Source: Convolutriloba macropyga (lineage: Eukaryota). Taken from it: 64,000 bases of DNA. The stretch is taken from the NCBI RefSeq assembly GCF_964194025.1, contig NC_134476.1, positions 19,034,001 to 19,098,000 on the forward strand. The letters run 5' to 3'. Every line of letters begins with the position of its first letter. Position 1 is the first letter of the stretch. The notes beneath the pieces were generated by a model. It was given only the letters and a program-made list of their open reading frames with translations, was not told the origin of the DNA and did not search any database. Of the stretch, positions 37,201 to 49,599 are shown one piece after another. The position numbers and the translations under genes were made by a program.

Positions 37201-40200
37201 GAGAAGTCAAAAAGATTTCACGCAAAATGCTGAGAAAGCGGCAAAATGGTAAAGCGAAAAAAAGTTCGACGAAGTAAAAAAAAAAGTAGGAGCGCTATAA
37301 TAGCCGGCTGAGAAGATGAGGGCGGCTATTAAAAATTTTGCATTAAAAAGACTTGCACGTTTACAGTAATTGCCTTCTTCGTTCGAGAGCAATTAAACGC
37401 CAAATGCCACAGAAAGCAAATGCAAAGTAACCATGGAAGTAACTTTTAAAATTTTATAAATTATCAATTACCGTCAAGCGAATTGATTTCAATCGACTTA
37501 TCGCTTTCCAAAAACTTACGTTGGTCTGGCTATCTTGAGGCAAGGGGGCGAAATGTGAGGGGGTCCACGCCTACCACCCATGCCTCCGCTTTAGAACTTA
37601 GTTAACCTTTTGGCTGTAGTCTTATAGACCAGTAAATTTCTAACGGAACTTCGCCGCAAGTTCATGCCCTTGGGCTTTATCAGTTTATCCCAGTGTCAAC
37701 CTCTCCACGTCATAAGTATAAGTCGCCAAAAGAGTTTCTGTGAACCGCATACTTGGAGACTAGTGAGCTGAAAGGCTCTAAGAGCACTTAATGCCCGCTG
37801 GGCGCTACCTGTTTATCCCATTTTCGAGGACGAAAAGTCAGATAGGTCAGACAAAAAATCGGTCAAGCGAAAAATCGCATTAAAAAAGACCGACAAACTA
37901 ATATAATTGCTACAAACTTCGTTTGAGAGCAATTAAACACCATAATATTTCGAGTCGTAAAAGGGCATAAAACTTCAATATGGCCAAATCAAATGCAACA
38001 ACCCTTACTTGCGGACAAGTAAAAGTTCATATGCTACAAGCTTTAAAAAGCACAAAACTTTTGCAATGAACGCCGTTTCCGCAGTGTTAAAATTTGATCT
38101 CTCTGAGAGATCCCCCCGTGAGAGCAATGGAAATTTAACTTATTACACAACACTTACCACCACCGACTGTGACTGGTTTTCCACACGCAAGCACAATGCA
38201 GCGTCTTCCGCCAGAACTCGGTTTCCCACTGCTCGACTGTTTACTGCTCTTAGACTTGCTTTGCTTATGAATTGGAGACTGCTGGTTGTCCGTTTCCTCA
38301 TCCGCCTGAACAACTCGTGATTGAGGCTTGGACGGTGATAAAGCCGGTTTTTCCTCTTTCTTCTTCTTTTTCTTGGGTTTTTTGAACAGATCTTCATCTA
38401 GCAATCGAAGTTTTGCATCATCTTCAGTTTCAGTTGGAGTTATAGCAGAAGGCTTAGAACTAGACTTGTCACTAGGTTTCGAATCTTTAGACGCTGACTT
38501 TGTGTCACTTGAAGATTTCTGCGCAGCAGGTGGTGGTTTTTCATCATCTGAAGAACTAACAGGTCGAGCCTTTTTCTTCAGCTTGCTGACAGGTGGCGGA
38601 GAGGGAGACCGCTCTTTTTTCTTGAGCTTTTTCTTTTTCGTCTTCGGAGGCGGAGAACTTGGTTCAACGTACTCATTCTCAGAAGAGCTAACTTTCCGTT
38701 CTTTCGGAGGTTTCACGGGCTTGGCCGGTTCTTCCTCCTCCTCCTCTTCATAAGCTTCTACAGACTCTTGAGGTTCTGGAGGGTCCAAAAATTTAACCGG
38801 TGGGGGTGCAGTTGACACTTCTAAACCTGCCAATGCCTCCATTGAAACTTCAGGTTTGTTCTCTAATGGACTAACCTCATTAGATCCACTCTGCTGGCTA
38901 TCCTCCTCTTTCTTGACTGAGCTCTCAATTTTTACAGGCTTGGACTCGGCTGACACCGCGGGTTTTTCTACCTTTATATCTGGTTCCTGTTTTGAAGTTT
39001 TCTCTGAAGTCAGAGGAAGTTTGAATGACTTTCCTTCAAAAATTGACTTCTTTTCTGTTTCCCATGGCGACTTAGATAGTAGTTTTTCAGGAGGCTTTAG
39101 AAAATCTTTTTTGCTCTTAATCTTAGGTGCTGTTTCTTTTTCGTCATCTGAAGAGTCAGAATATTGTGGTTTCTTAGGTTTAGAACTGATGAGTAAAGAT
39201 GGCGGCTTTGAAGGACTTTTAGTTTTGTGCTTCTCCGCAGCCGTACGACTAACTTTCAATGACTGTTCTTTAATCTTTTTCAGCTCTAGAGAACCCAATT
39301 TAGCGCCTTTCTTGCACCTTTCAACAACATCAGGCGGCAAACGAGGACAAAAAATGATCAAATTCATGCTCAATTTATGATGGTTCTTATAAAGCGTGTT
39401 CAATTTTGCTTTCTGTTGTTTGGTCATGGTTGACTTCTTGGTCAGTACCTTTTTCCTACCACTTGAGTCACTTCCAGATGAAGATCCACTGGAAGAACCA
39501 GAACTTGAAGAGTCGCTACTTGAATCAGAACTTGAGTCATCTGAACTTGAATTGTCATGTGCCTTTCGTTTTGGACTTGGAGGAACAAGCATTGGTTTGG
39601 CTTTCACCGTCCCGAGTGCTTCATCTTCTGAGGATTCAGCACCGCTGTCATTAGCTTTTGACATTTTGGATTCCTCTCGTTTTACTGTTGAATTCTGATC
39701 ATCATCGGTGGATTTACCATAATCTACTTTTGCATCAATGTTTTCTTTTTTTATGTCCAACTTTTCATCTGCTGAACTTTCTTTTCCGTCTGACAATTTT
39801 TCACTTTCACTATTAGCTGGTTCTACTTTAGCGTCCTTGTCAGCCTCTCTTTTATTAGATTCTTTTTCATCTTCATCAACAAGCATTGAATCCTCAGCTC
39901 TTTCACGAACATTGTTGGAACTTTTGGCTTCAATTACTGACTCATCCTGAGAAACATCCGATTTAACTTCTTGACTACCATTTGTTGACCAAACTAATTC
40001 ACAAGCACCCTCTGGTTCCTTTTTGGAAACTTCGTTTTCCTCCATTTTAACTTCAGATTTTGTATCAGAAGACATTTTATCATCTACCGCTATTGCAGTC
40101 GCGGTCGAGTCGTTTCCGACATCCGCGTCCATGGGCTCTGTAGTTGTGACTTCCGGTTCCGAACATTCCTCGCCTGAACTCTCGTCAAATGATGATGATG

Positions 40201-40855
40201 TATTAGTTTGAGGCGTATTAATCGCAACATCAGCGTCAAAAACCGGCATTAAAACTGAGGTCTTTTTGGGAGAAACTTTTGAAGTTTCACTTTTTCCAAC
40301 TGATGCGAGGTCACTGGAATTTGAAAACACAGCTGGAATTTGGTCAAACTTGGGCGCCAGGGCAGAACTAAACGGTTTCTTTTCTGTTTTTATTGCGGAT
40401 GAGAGGTTGCTGCTTGAAGGTGTTGTTGTACTATCAAATACCGGTGTTAATGCTGATTTATTTGGCTTAGGAGTTGGTACACTGCTTTCTGATTTGGTCG
40501 TTGTTTCTGAAGTTTCATCTTTGATGCTGGAACCTGCTTCTGAATTTTGCATCTCGTTATCACCCATGTATTCGCGCAATTTTTGTTGTTTTTCCTGTTC
40601 CTTAACTTGGTTCTCTTTATCCTTACAAAACAAGCATTTGTACTTTTCACGGTCTTCCATCATTTTCTGAATCCTGACTTTGCTAATTCCTACACAGTCT
40701 GAATGATACCAGGTATCACAGAAATCACAACACAACATCAATTTTGAGTTCTGAGGTTGTTTGCAGAAACACCATTTTCCATTGTGATCTTCACTATCCA
40801 TATTCATTGAATCAGTGTCCGTTCCATAGCTGACCCGGAGTATTGATTCCGACAT
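31208..40855 (-). CDS. DIDO1: DIDO1/PHF3/PPS-family chromatin/transcription regulator (PHD, BRK, TFIIS central domain, SPOC; 3 coding exons, ~1751 aa)
   Basis: Exons 38158-40855, 31860-33936 and 31208-31688 are joined by GT-AG introns with matching phases (1 and 2). Motifs: N-terminal PHD (WCFCKQPQNSKLMLCCDFCDTWYHSDCVG...KYKCLFC); CIVLACGKP...NFCSKPCIKRH, formed only across the splice junction; BRK-like GRRAPNIGELFKWLRQNPTYEI; TFIIS_M-like ...LFEWISSGRLTTRHLVLMSEDDF; DTTAEHGKGHQYSGNCRIC; SPOC (IWEGNL...DMLVAIIIR). Orthology among DIDO1, PHF3 and PPS cannot be resolved here. Confidence 0.9.
35797..36220 (-). mobile_element. HINE-like element (same family as 18125-18465) in DIDO1 intron 1, carrying poly-G tracts
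   Basis: Hairpin ccgac-aac-gtcgg (35806-35818); subTIRs aattgcactcaaacg (35822-35836) and cgtttgagagcaatt (36203-36217); shared ggtcaagcgaaaaat...aattgcta block. Confidence 0.75.
36485..37397 (-). mobile_element. Longer diverged HINE-like copy containing a tRNA-like segment and a module of the 22-31 kb array
   Basis: Degenerate subTIR aatcgctctcggacg followed by acaggcg, as in the 18 kb copy; the other end is cgttcgagagcaatt (37380-37394). Internal 36810-37340 is similar to 28070-28500 and 30170-30530. Confidence 0.65.
37695..37937 (-). mobile_element. Truncated HINE-like copy
   Basis: Near-identical to 36035-36220 (aaaggctctaagagcacttaatgcccgctgggcgctacctgtttatccc...cgtttgagagcaattaaa). 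The hairpin end is missing. Confidence 0.7.
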
Positions 40856-41103
40856 ATTCAATTTAATAGAAGTGATAAATTTAGGTTTACAGATACGAAA
40901 AACGCTTCATAAATTTGATCTGAAATAAACATCAGAACTGCGAAAGATAATCTCGATCAGTTACAATGGCATTTATGAGCATGAGCAAAAACCAGGTGAA
41001 AAAAATATTACTAAAGGACTCAGAGCATCCAAGAGTTCAATTATAACGTATATTGAACAAAACTTCCAATCAGTGGAAAAAAAAATTTTTAACCAAATAG
41101 TTT

Positions 41104-44100
41104 TTAAATATCAACTAAATGTTTCGTTCCCAACTTTCGAAGCATTTTTGTGATTTTCGCATCATCCATATTCTCAGCAGTCAAAATTGTGTTGGCGACA
41201 AGCATCAGAGTTCCGTGGGATGAGGCGGCAATATATATGCGACCGTTGATACCAACACAGATTTCAAATTTGTACATTTCAGACAAACCATTCAGTAATG
41301 GAAACGTATCCGACAGCATTCTGAAACAGCTCATGGCTTTAAAATAAACACTTTCAGAATATCTAGCGCATCAACACTTTTTGGAAGGGGAACATACTTC
41401 TGTTCTTTTTTAATAACGCCAATGTGATAAAAATTAATCAGTGTGTTTGCAAAAATTGTTTGCAGTCGTAGTATTGAGACTTTCGAAGTTGCCGCTTCTG
41501 GGGATTTGATTCCCTTTATGGCAATGACTTAAGTATTCAATTATTTTTCCAATGGAGCAGCTTAACCATTGTTATACCTTCTACAAAAATTGCAAGACGT
41601 GTGAATGACAGTGGATGGCTGCGTGGAAGACAAAGGACCAAGACCATTAGCTTTCCCTTTACCATCTATGCACACAACTTCGTACTCGTATGAAGCGTCG
41701 GATGAAATTAATCGGCAAAAAACGACGTCCCCTATCTGAAACAGAGATCAGAGGAAAAACCACAATTCAAACCACTGCTTATTGTCATAATTTGTCTCCC
41801 TTATAAACCTCTGCTTATTTGTATTCCCTGATCTCGGTATATCTAACCTGTGTTGGTTTGTTTTCAGGTATTTTACTTGCTGTTTGTTTAGAATTTGCCA
41901 TAGTAGCATGATTCTCTAGTTTCAGCCGACTTATATTATCGTTCCAACCCCACTTAGTGGATGGGGGAATGGGGAGCTACATGCTCAAATGTTTTTTTCT
42001 AATCAGTCAATTTTAGCTGATCGATTTATTTGATATAGAAAGACACGAGTGATATCATTAGAAAATTCATCGAACTTAGAATTGTAAATTCTTGTAAAAA
42101 TTTTTGTAAGATTCGGCATTTTACAATAATCGATTAATTGTAATCATTTTACACTGATTAAATGTCTATACAATTCATTTTCGGTTTTCAGAGAATTTTT
42201 CACGTACGGCAATTTGACTGCTGTTTCCTTTTTTCTCTTGATTTTCTTCAAATGCCTTGAAAGCTGATACATGCAATCTAATGGTGAATAGAGGATATTG
42301 TGCAAATCGATCAAGGGAGAGCAAACAAATTTTGTGGTTTTGACTATATATTTCAATGAAACAAATTGATTTTTCAGTTACTCTCGTTTGTTGCGTAATT
42401 TTGTTTTTCTGTCATTAAAGTTTCATTTAAGAAGTCCCACTGTTGATTTAAAAAATGAACGAACCTAAATAACTTTTTCTTTGAACAGCAGGTGTCAGGA
42501 CAAATTACCCAATGCTATAATGCCCAATGCCATTATACCCAATGCCAATAAACCCAATGCCATTATACCCATCGTACTTTGATATTTTCATTCAATAATC
42601 CGAAAACAAATTAGCAGTCGTTATTACCCGTATATTTTAACATAATTAATGGCCATGACCATGCCTCACCGGCCCGTGAGACTTGATATGGAATTATCAC
42701 AACCGAACATGTGATTAAATTACACGATTGTTAAATCATACGTGTAACAGCTATTTTCTGCTAATAAGTACTCGGATTATGGAAAGAAAATATCAATGTG
42801 AAATGCGTATAATGGCATTGGGTAATTTGGCATTGGGTATAATGGCATTGGGTAAATTGTCATGTAATCAAACACCATATTAGTTAATGATTTTGACCCA
42901 AAGGTCCGTTAAAAATTTTTTAAAAGTGTTTTACCTGTATTCTTCCCTTTGAGTTCTGATCATTAACTAAGTTAACTAATGAGATGACTATTGGTCTCTC
43001 AAAGGAGGCATCAGTGCACATTTATCGCAATTTTCATCTTTTCTGGTTTTTATGGCCCTGATACCTTTCGTGCACCTCGTGAATTTTTGGGTTTTGCCTC
43101 TATTTGGATACTTCTCATTCAGCCTCATCACTGACAGCTATCATTGGGCTTTTTAATGCAGCATTATTTTAAAAAAATTAAGGCATAAATTGTTTTCAGT
43201 CAATAATTTATGATTTTGGTTGAATTTTGTATTGTCTGAGGTCAATAGTTCTTGCCTTTTTTACTTTGAAAATGTTTGTTCTTGAAATATTGATTTTCGT
43301 TATAATATGAGCGTGTGTTAATTTTAAATTTGACGCCACTAATTTTCAACGAAGTTTTTGAATATCTTAATGTCCGTTTTCTGCTTTTCCGCAAAATTAT
43401 TGATGTTGGTGATGAATAGTTTAAATAATTTCAACAGGTGATCCTATGGATAAATTAAGCGTCTGAGTTCTAACACCCTGCTTCTCAATTTCTCTTCTTA
43501 CTGCGCATGCATTTTTTGGCCACTCGATTGATAAATTTTTCGGAGCATCATAATTCAGAATGCAAAATCTAAACAACTGAAATAAGGCTGCACCAAGGTG
43601 ATTATCATAAGGCTTTATTTCTTGAAGGATCTCGATGTTTGACGTTTGGTTTCAACATTTAATTAAGATAAACTCAGAATTTTATTTTTTTCTGTTTGAC
43701 AAGTTTAGGCGTTTACTTGACCAAATCGTTGTTTTATTTGATCAAGAAATTGCACTAATATTGATTTTTTTCAGCTAAAAGTGGAATGTGCAAATCAATT
43801 CTATATATGTTCATTCTAGCGAAAAACAACAAGATTGATATTAACCTCAAAGGTTTATATGTCTGTCTTACTTCAAGAATACATCAATTTTTAAGCCCCT
43901 TATTTTTTCATCTACCCCCTATTATTTTGACTTTTTTAATCATTACGTGCGAACGCACTATACTGAGCCCCTTTTAGCAACATACATTAGAAAACTAATC
44001 GAGCTTAGAAATGTAAATTCTTGTAAAAATTTTAGTTAAGATTCGGCATTTTACAATAATAGAGTGATATTAATCATTTTACACTGATTAACTGTCTATA

Positions 44101-47100
44101 CGATTCATTTTCGGTTTTCAGAGAATTTTTCACGTACGGCAATTTGACTGCTGTTTTCTTTTTTCTCTTGATTTTGTTCAAACACTTTGAAAGCTGATAC
44201 ATGCAATCTAATGGTGAATAGAGGATATTGTGCAAATCGATCAAGGGAGAGCAAACAAATTTTGTGGTTTTGACTATATGTTTCAATGAAACAAATTGAT
44301 TTTTCGGTTACACTCGTTTGTTGCGTGATTTCGTTTTTCTGTCATTAAAGAAGTCCCACTGACGATTTAAAAAATGAATGAACCTAAATAACTTTTTCTT
44401 TGAACAGCAGGTGTCAGGACAAATTACCCAATGCTATAATGCCCAATGCCATTATACCCAATGCCAATAAACCCAATGCCATTATACCAAATGTACTTTG
44501 ATATTTTCGTTCAATAATCCGAAAACAAATTAGCAGTCGTTATTACTCGTATATTTTAACATAATTAATGGCCATGACCATGCCTCACCGGCCCGTGAGA
44601 CTTGATATGGAATTATCACAACCGAACATGTGATTAAATTACACGATTGTTAAATCATACGTGTAACAGCTATTTTCTGCTAATAAGTACTCGGATTATG
44701 GAAAGAAAATATCAATGTGAAATGCGTATAATGGCATTGGGTAATTTGGCATTGGGTATAATGGCATTGGGTAAATTGTCATGTAATCAAACACCATATT
44801 AGTTAATGATTTTGACCCAAAGGTCCGTTAAAAATTGTTTAAAAGAGTTTTACCTGTATTCTTCCCTTTGAGTTCTGATCATTAACTAAGTTAACTAATG
44901 AGAGGACTATTGGTCTCTCAAAGGAGGCATCAGTGCGCATTTATCGCAATTTTCATCTTTTCTGGTTTTTATGGCCCTGATACCTTTCGTGCACCTCGTG
45001 AATTTTTGGGTTTTGCCTCTATTTGGATACTTCTCATTCAGCCTCATCACTGACAGCTATCATTCCGCTTCTTAATGCAGCATTATTTTAAAAAAATTAA
45101 GGCATATATTGTTTTCAGTCAATAATTTATGATTTTGGTTGAATTTTGTATTGTCTGAGGTCAATAGTTCTTGCCTTTTTTACTTTGAAAATGTTTGTTC
45201 TTGAAATATTGATTTTCGTTATAATATGAGCGTGTGTTAATTTTAAATTTGACGCCACTAATTTTCAACGAAGTTTTTGAATATCTTAATGTCCGTTTTC
45301 TGCTTTTCCGCAAAATTATTGATGTTGGTGATGAATAGTTTAAATAATTTCAACAGGTGATCCTATGGATAAATTAAGCGTCTGAGTTCTAACACCCTGC
45401 TTCTCAATTTCTCTTCTTACTGCGCATGCATTTTTTGGCCACTCGATAAATTTTTCGGAGCATCATAATTCAGAATGCAAAATCTAAACAACTGAAATAA
45501 GGCTGCACCGAGGTGATTATCATAAAGTTTTATTTCTTGAAGGATCTCGATGTTTGACGTTTGGTTTCAACATTTAATTAAGATAAACTCAGAATTTTAT
45601 TTTTTTCTGTTTGACAAGTTTAGGCGTTTACTTGACCAAATCGTTGTTTTACTTGATCAAGAAATTGCACTAATATTGATTTTTTTCAGCTAATAGTGGA
45701 ATGTGCAAATCAATTCTATATATGTTCATTCAAGCGAAAAACAACAAGATTGATATTAACCTCAAAGGTTTATATGTCTGTCTTACTTCAAGAATACATC
45801 AATTTTTAAGCCCCTTATTTTTTCATCTACCCCCTATTATTTTGACTTTTTTAATCATTACGTGCGAACGCACTATACTGAGCCCCTTTTAGCAACATAC
45901 ATTAGAAAACTCATCGAGCTTAGAAATGTAAATTCTTGTAAAAATTTTAGTTAAGATTCGGCATTTTACAGTAATAGATTAATTGTAATCACTTTACACT
46001 GATTAACTGTCTATACGATTCATTTTCGGTTTTCAGAGAATTTTTCACGTACGGCAATTTGACTGCTGTTTTCTTTTTTCTCTTGATTTTGTTCAAATAC
46101 TTTGAAAGCTGATACATGCAATCTAATGGTGAATAGAGGATATTGTGCAAATCGATCAAGGGAGAGCAAACAAATTTTGTGGTTTTGACTATGTTTCAAT
46201 GAAACAAATTGATTTTTCGGTTACACTCGTTTGTTGCGTGATTTTGTTTTTCTGTCATTAAAGAAGTCCCACTGACGATTTAAAAAATGAATGAACCTAA
46301 ATAACTTTTTCTTTGAACAGCAGGTGTCAGGACAAATTACTCATTGCCATAATGGCCAATGCAATTATACCCAATGCCAATAAACCCAATGCCATTATAC
46401 CCAATGTACTTTGATATTTTCGTTCAATAATCCGAAAACAAATTAGCAGTCGTTATTACCCGTATGTTTTAACATAATTAATGGCCATGGCCATGCCTCA
46501 CAGGCCCGTGAGACTTGATATGGAATTATCACAACCGAACATGGGATTAACATACACGATTGTTAAATCATACGTGTAACAGCTATTTTCTGCTAATTAG
46601 TACTCGGATTATGGAACGAAAATATCAATGTGAATTGGGTATAATGGCATTGGGTAAAGTGTCATGTAACAGAACAGCATATTAGTTAATGATTTTGACC
46701 CAAAGGTCCGGTAAACATTTTGACGAAATTTTAGAGTTTTACCTGTATTCTTCCCTTTGATCATTAACTAAGGTAACTAATAATAGGACTATTGGTCTCC
46801 AAAGGAGGCATCAGTGCACCTTTATCTCAATTTTCTTTTCTGGTTTTTATGGCTCTGATACCTTTCGTTCACCTCGTGAATTTTTGGGTTTTGCCTCTAT
46901 TTGGATACTTCTCATTCAGCCTCATCACTGACAGCTATCATTGGGCTTTTTAATGCAGCATTATTTAAAAAAATTAAGGCATATATTGTTTTCAGTCAAT
47001 AATCTATGATTTTGGTTGAATTTTGTATTGTCTGAGGTCAATAGTTCTTGCCTTTTTTTACTTTGAAATTGTTTGTTGTTGAAATATTGATTTTCGTTAT

Positions 47101-48332
47101 AATACGAGCGTGTGTTATTTTTAACATTGACGCCACTAATTTTCAACTAAGTTTTTGAGTTTCTTAAAATGTCCGTTTTCTGCTTTTCCGCAAAATTATT
47201 GATGTTGGTAATAAATAATTTCAACAGGTGATTTTATGGATAAATTAAGCGTCGGAGTTCTAAGGTTTATGTCTGTCTTAATTCGAGAATACATCAATTT
47301 TAAAGCCCCTTATTTTTTCATCTACCCTCTATTATTTTGACTTTAATCATAACGTGCGAACGCACTATACTGAGCCCTTTTTAGCAACATACAGCTACAG
47401 AGTATGATAACGCTCAGCTCCGGCTGGGGAAGGTTACCTTCAAAGTTTCAATTCCCATAATTACTCTTGTTTAATTCTTTTATACTCGATGACATCACTT
47501 ATATTTCAGAGTTACATCGGTTAGCACGTTCAACTCAATTGTTTGGAAAAAAATCACTTACAAAAAAGGCGGTAAACTGAGCATTAGCATCGAATCTTAC
47601 CTTCAAATCTGGATAACTCCTTTTTGTAGCACCTTCGAAGCTCAAAACGTTCAGCATTGCAGATTCCCCGCATCCGATGTCAATTTTGAACGCATCTACC
47701 ATTTTGCCGAGAACGATACCGACTATTTCATCTCCCTTCTGTGCAGCATACTAAAAAACCATTCAAACTTGGTAAATCCATTATTCTTGATAACGGTACC
47801 TATTTCCCCTAATCATACAAACGAATGCCGCCATCAACATGTATTTTGCAAGATCACAAAATTCGGTGCAAATTCAGTAAACGTTATATTAACGGAGTAT
47901 TTTATGAATAAAAAATAAAGTTAAATCAGGCAACAGTTCAAAAAGTAAAATAAGGTTTACAACATGATAATTGTCGTTTCTATTGGAATCTTTTACAGGA
48001 AGGTTTATAAGTGAAGCAGAGACATCTTTCGTTAGAAAGTCGATCAGTGGAGCAACAATAAAAAAAATTAAATTTTGAGACATGAGTAAATCTGCCCACC
48101 CTAGAAAGACTTATTATGACACAAAATTATTGTTCACTGCTGATAAACAGAAAAAAGGCCAAATACCTGCCTTTCTCTGCGCGTAGTCAACCCAAAGCAC
48201 ATTTTTCGTCTTTTTGCAAATTCCACTATTATGACACCTCATTTCGCCGTTTACGAAAGCAAACCCGGGTCCAGCAACATCTCCCTCATCGTAGCTGACA
48301 CATTCTCCAGCCAAAACTGTTTCGTTGATCAT
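41104..48332 (-). CDS. EXOSC3: Exosome complex component RRP40 (4 coding exons, 228 aa)
   Basis: Exons 48171-48332, 47601-47750, 41578-41735 and 41104-41320 join in frame (687 nt). The translation has RRP40 hallmarks: GPG, WVDYAQRK|YAAQKGDEIVGIV, FKIDIG, LSFEGATKRSYPDLK|IGDVVFCR, EVVCID-GKANGLG and the KH-domain FEICVGINGRIYI. Intron 1 needs a GC donor; introns 2 and 3 are GT-AG. Confidence 0.95.
42491..42869. mobile_element. Mutator/Foldback-like MITE, copy 1
   Basis: The left arm ggtgtcaggacaaattaccc + (cccaatgccattata)n is inverted at the right as (tataatggcattggg)n + taaattgtcatgtaatc. Confidence 0.75.
44410..44788. mobile_element. Mutator/Foldback-like MITE, copy 2
   Basis: Near-identical to 42491-42869 and at the same position in the second 1.92-kb unit. 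Confidence 0.75.
46323..46670. mobile_element. Mutator/Foldback-like MITE, copy 3, with recognisable TSD
   Basis: Same arms, with the right arm shorter. It is flanked by tgaacagca and agaacagca (8 of 9 match). Confidence 0.75.
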
Positions 48333-49599
48333 TTTGATCGATAATCTGAAAAATAACTGATCACGAGGGAGTGAAATATCTTAGTTTCCCTGAGTGAAGG
48401 TATTAACCTAACTCATTACAATGCTCAAGCATTCTCGTTTTTGCTTGACGATGAAATATGTTTGAAAGTAAGATGCATAATAAATTTTCTTAAAAGGACG
48501 CTCTATCAAGGGCAGTGATCCAAACTTTTTTAAACACCGAGAGCCTAAAACCGAGTTTTCCTCCGATCCAGCGGTGGATTCTCATCAACTTTCATTGGAC
48601 CTATATTGGTTAACCGATACTTTTTTGTAAATTCAAAGTTTTCAACCAAAGATACTTTACTATTACTGACCGAATCTAATCGCAAAAGGAGTAAACAATA
48701 AAAAAAACTCCATGCTGCTTCAAATGCTTTGATTACACTATATGTAATCAAACCATTTGATTTTATTTCTCATTTAAGCCACTTACATGTTAAAACGAAT
48801 TAGGTATAGTCCACCAGCAACAAATTGAGTGAAAAAAATTTAACCAATAGATATTGAGCACGAGAATTTGATGCTTTCATTAGTTCGTAACCCACAAAAA
48901 CATTATACAAGGCTCCAGCAAAATCATAAAATATCCGGAAGCCTGCCTAGAATACTCTTCTATGCTGCTGTTTATCAAAGCCAAAACGATCTTCCCGAAA
49001 AACGTCAACTTATATTTCAAAAAACATGAATTGAACATAAAGATGCTGACAAAACAGAAAACATCAAGTTTCAATGCAATTGTAACAAAAACAGCAGCCA
49101 TTTCAGGAATAGAAAGCACTATACCCGGAATTTTCATAAAATTCGGAATATAAAATGAATTGATTTTAGTGTAATAAGTTTAAATAAAATGTTGTAAATG
49201 TGATTTTAACTGTAAATAATTTCAAAAATTCGATGTTATTTTAACTCATTTTTTAGAATTATAGTCAAAGACAAGTTTATATACTTTGTAAATGATTTCA
49301 TTTAATTTTTAAACCTGACGATGAACGCAATGTTCGAAAACGTTCGTTTTAGTTAATCAATATAAGTTTTAATTGACAATTACTTCTCTGCAAAAACAGC
49401 AACGTTTCGCAAACATTAGAATTGGATAAAGTCATACAATCAGTGCCCTTAACTGCGCTTTGTATAATTATATTGATTCTTGTGCCTTAAAGCTGTTTAT
49501 TGTTTCACCTCATTTAGGAATGTTCTTGAACCTATCCTGTTCTGTAAAGACACCGTGCACTTCTTCTTCCATGGAAACCACCCGTTGCACCGTTTCTCG

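Larger units (their letters stand above)
42056..47391 (+). repeat. Three tandem ~1.92-kb units in EXOSC3 intron 2 (third unit diverged and internally deleted)
   Basis: The unit start marker attagaaaa...atcga.cttagaa.tgtaaattcttg occurs at ~42057, ~43987 and ~45901. The ORF track shows duplicate translations (42144/44074 and 43786/45701). Confidence 0.95.

Noticed and set aside
38328-40670. Long plus-strand ORFs (141, 174, 134 aa and others)
   Set aside because: Antisense shadows of the Ser/Lys/Glu-rich DIDO1 exon.
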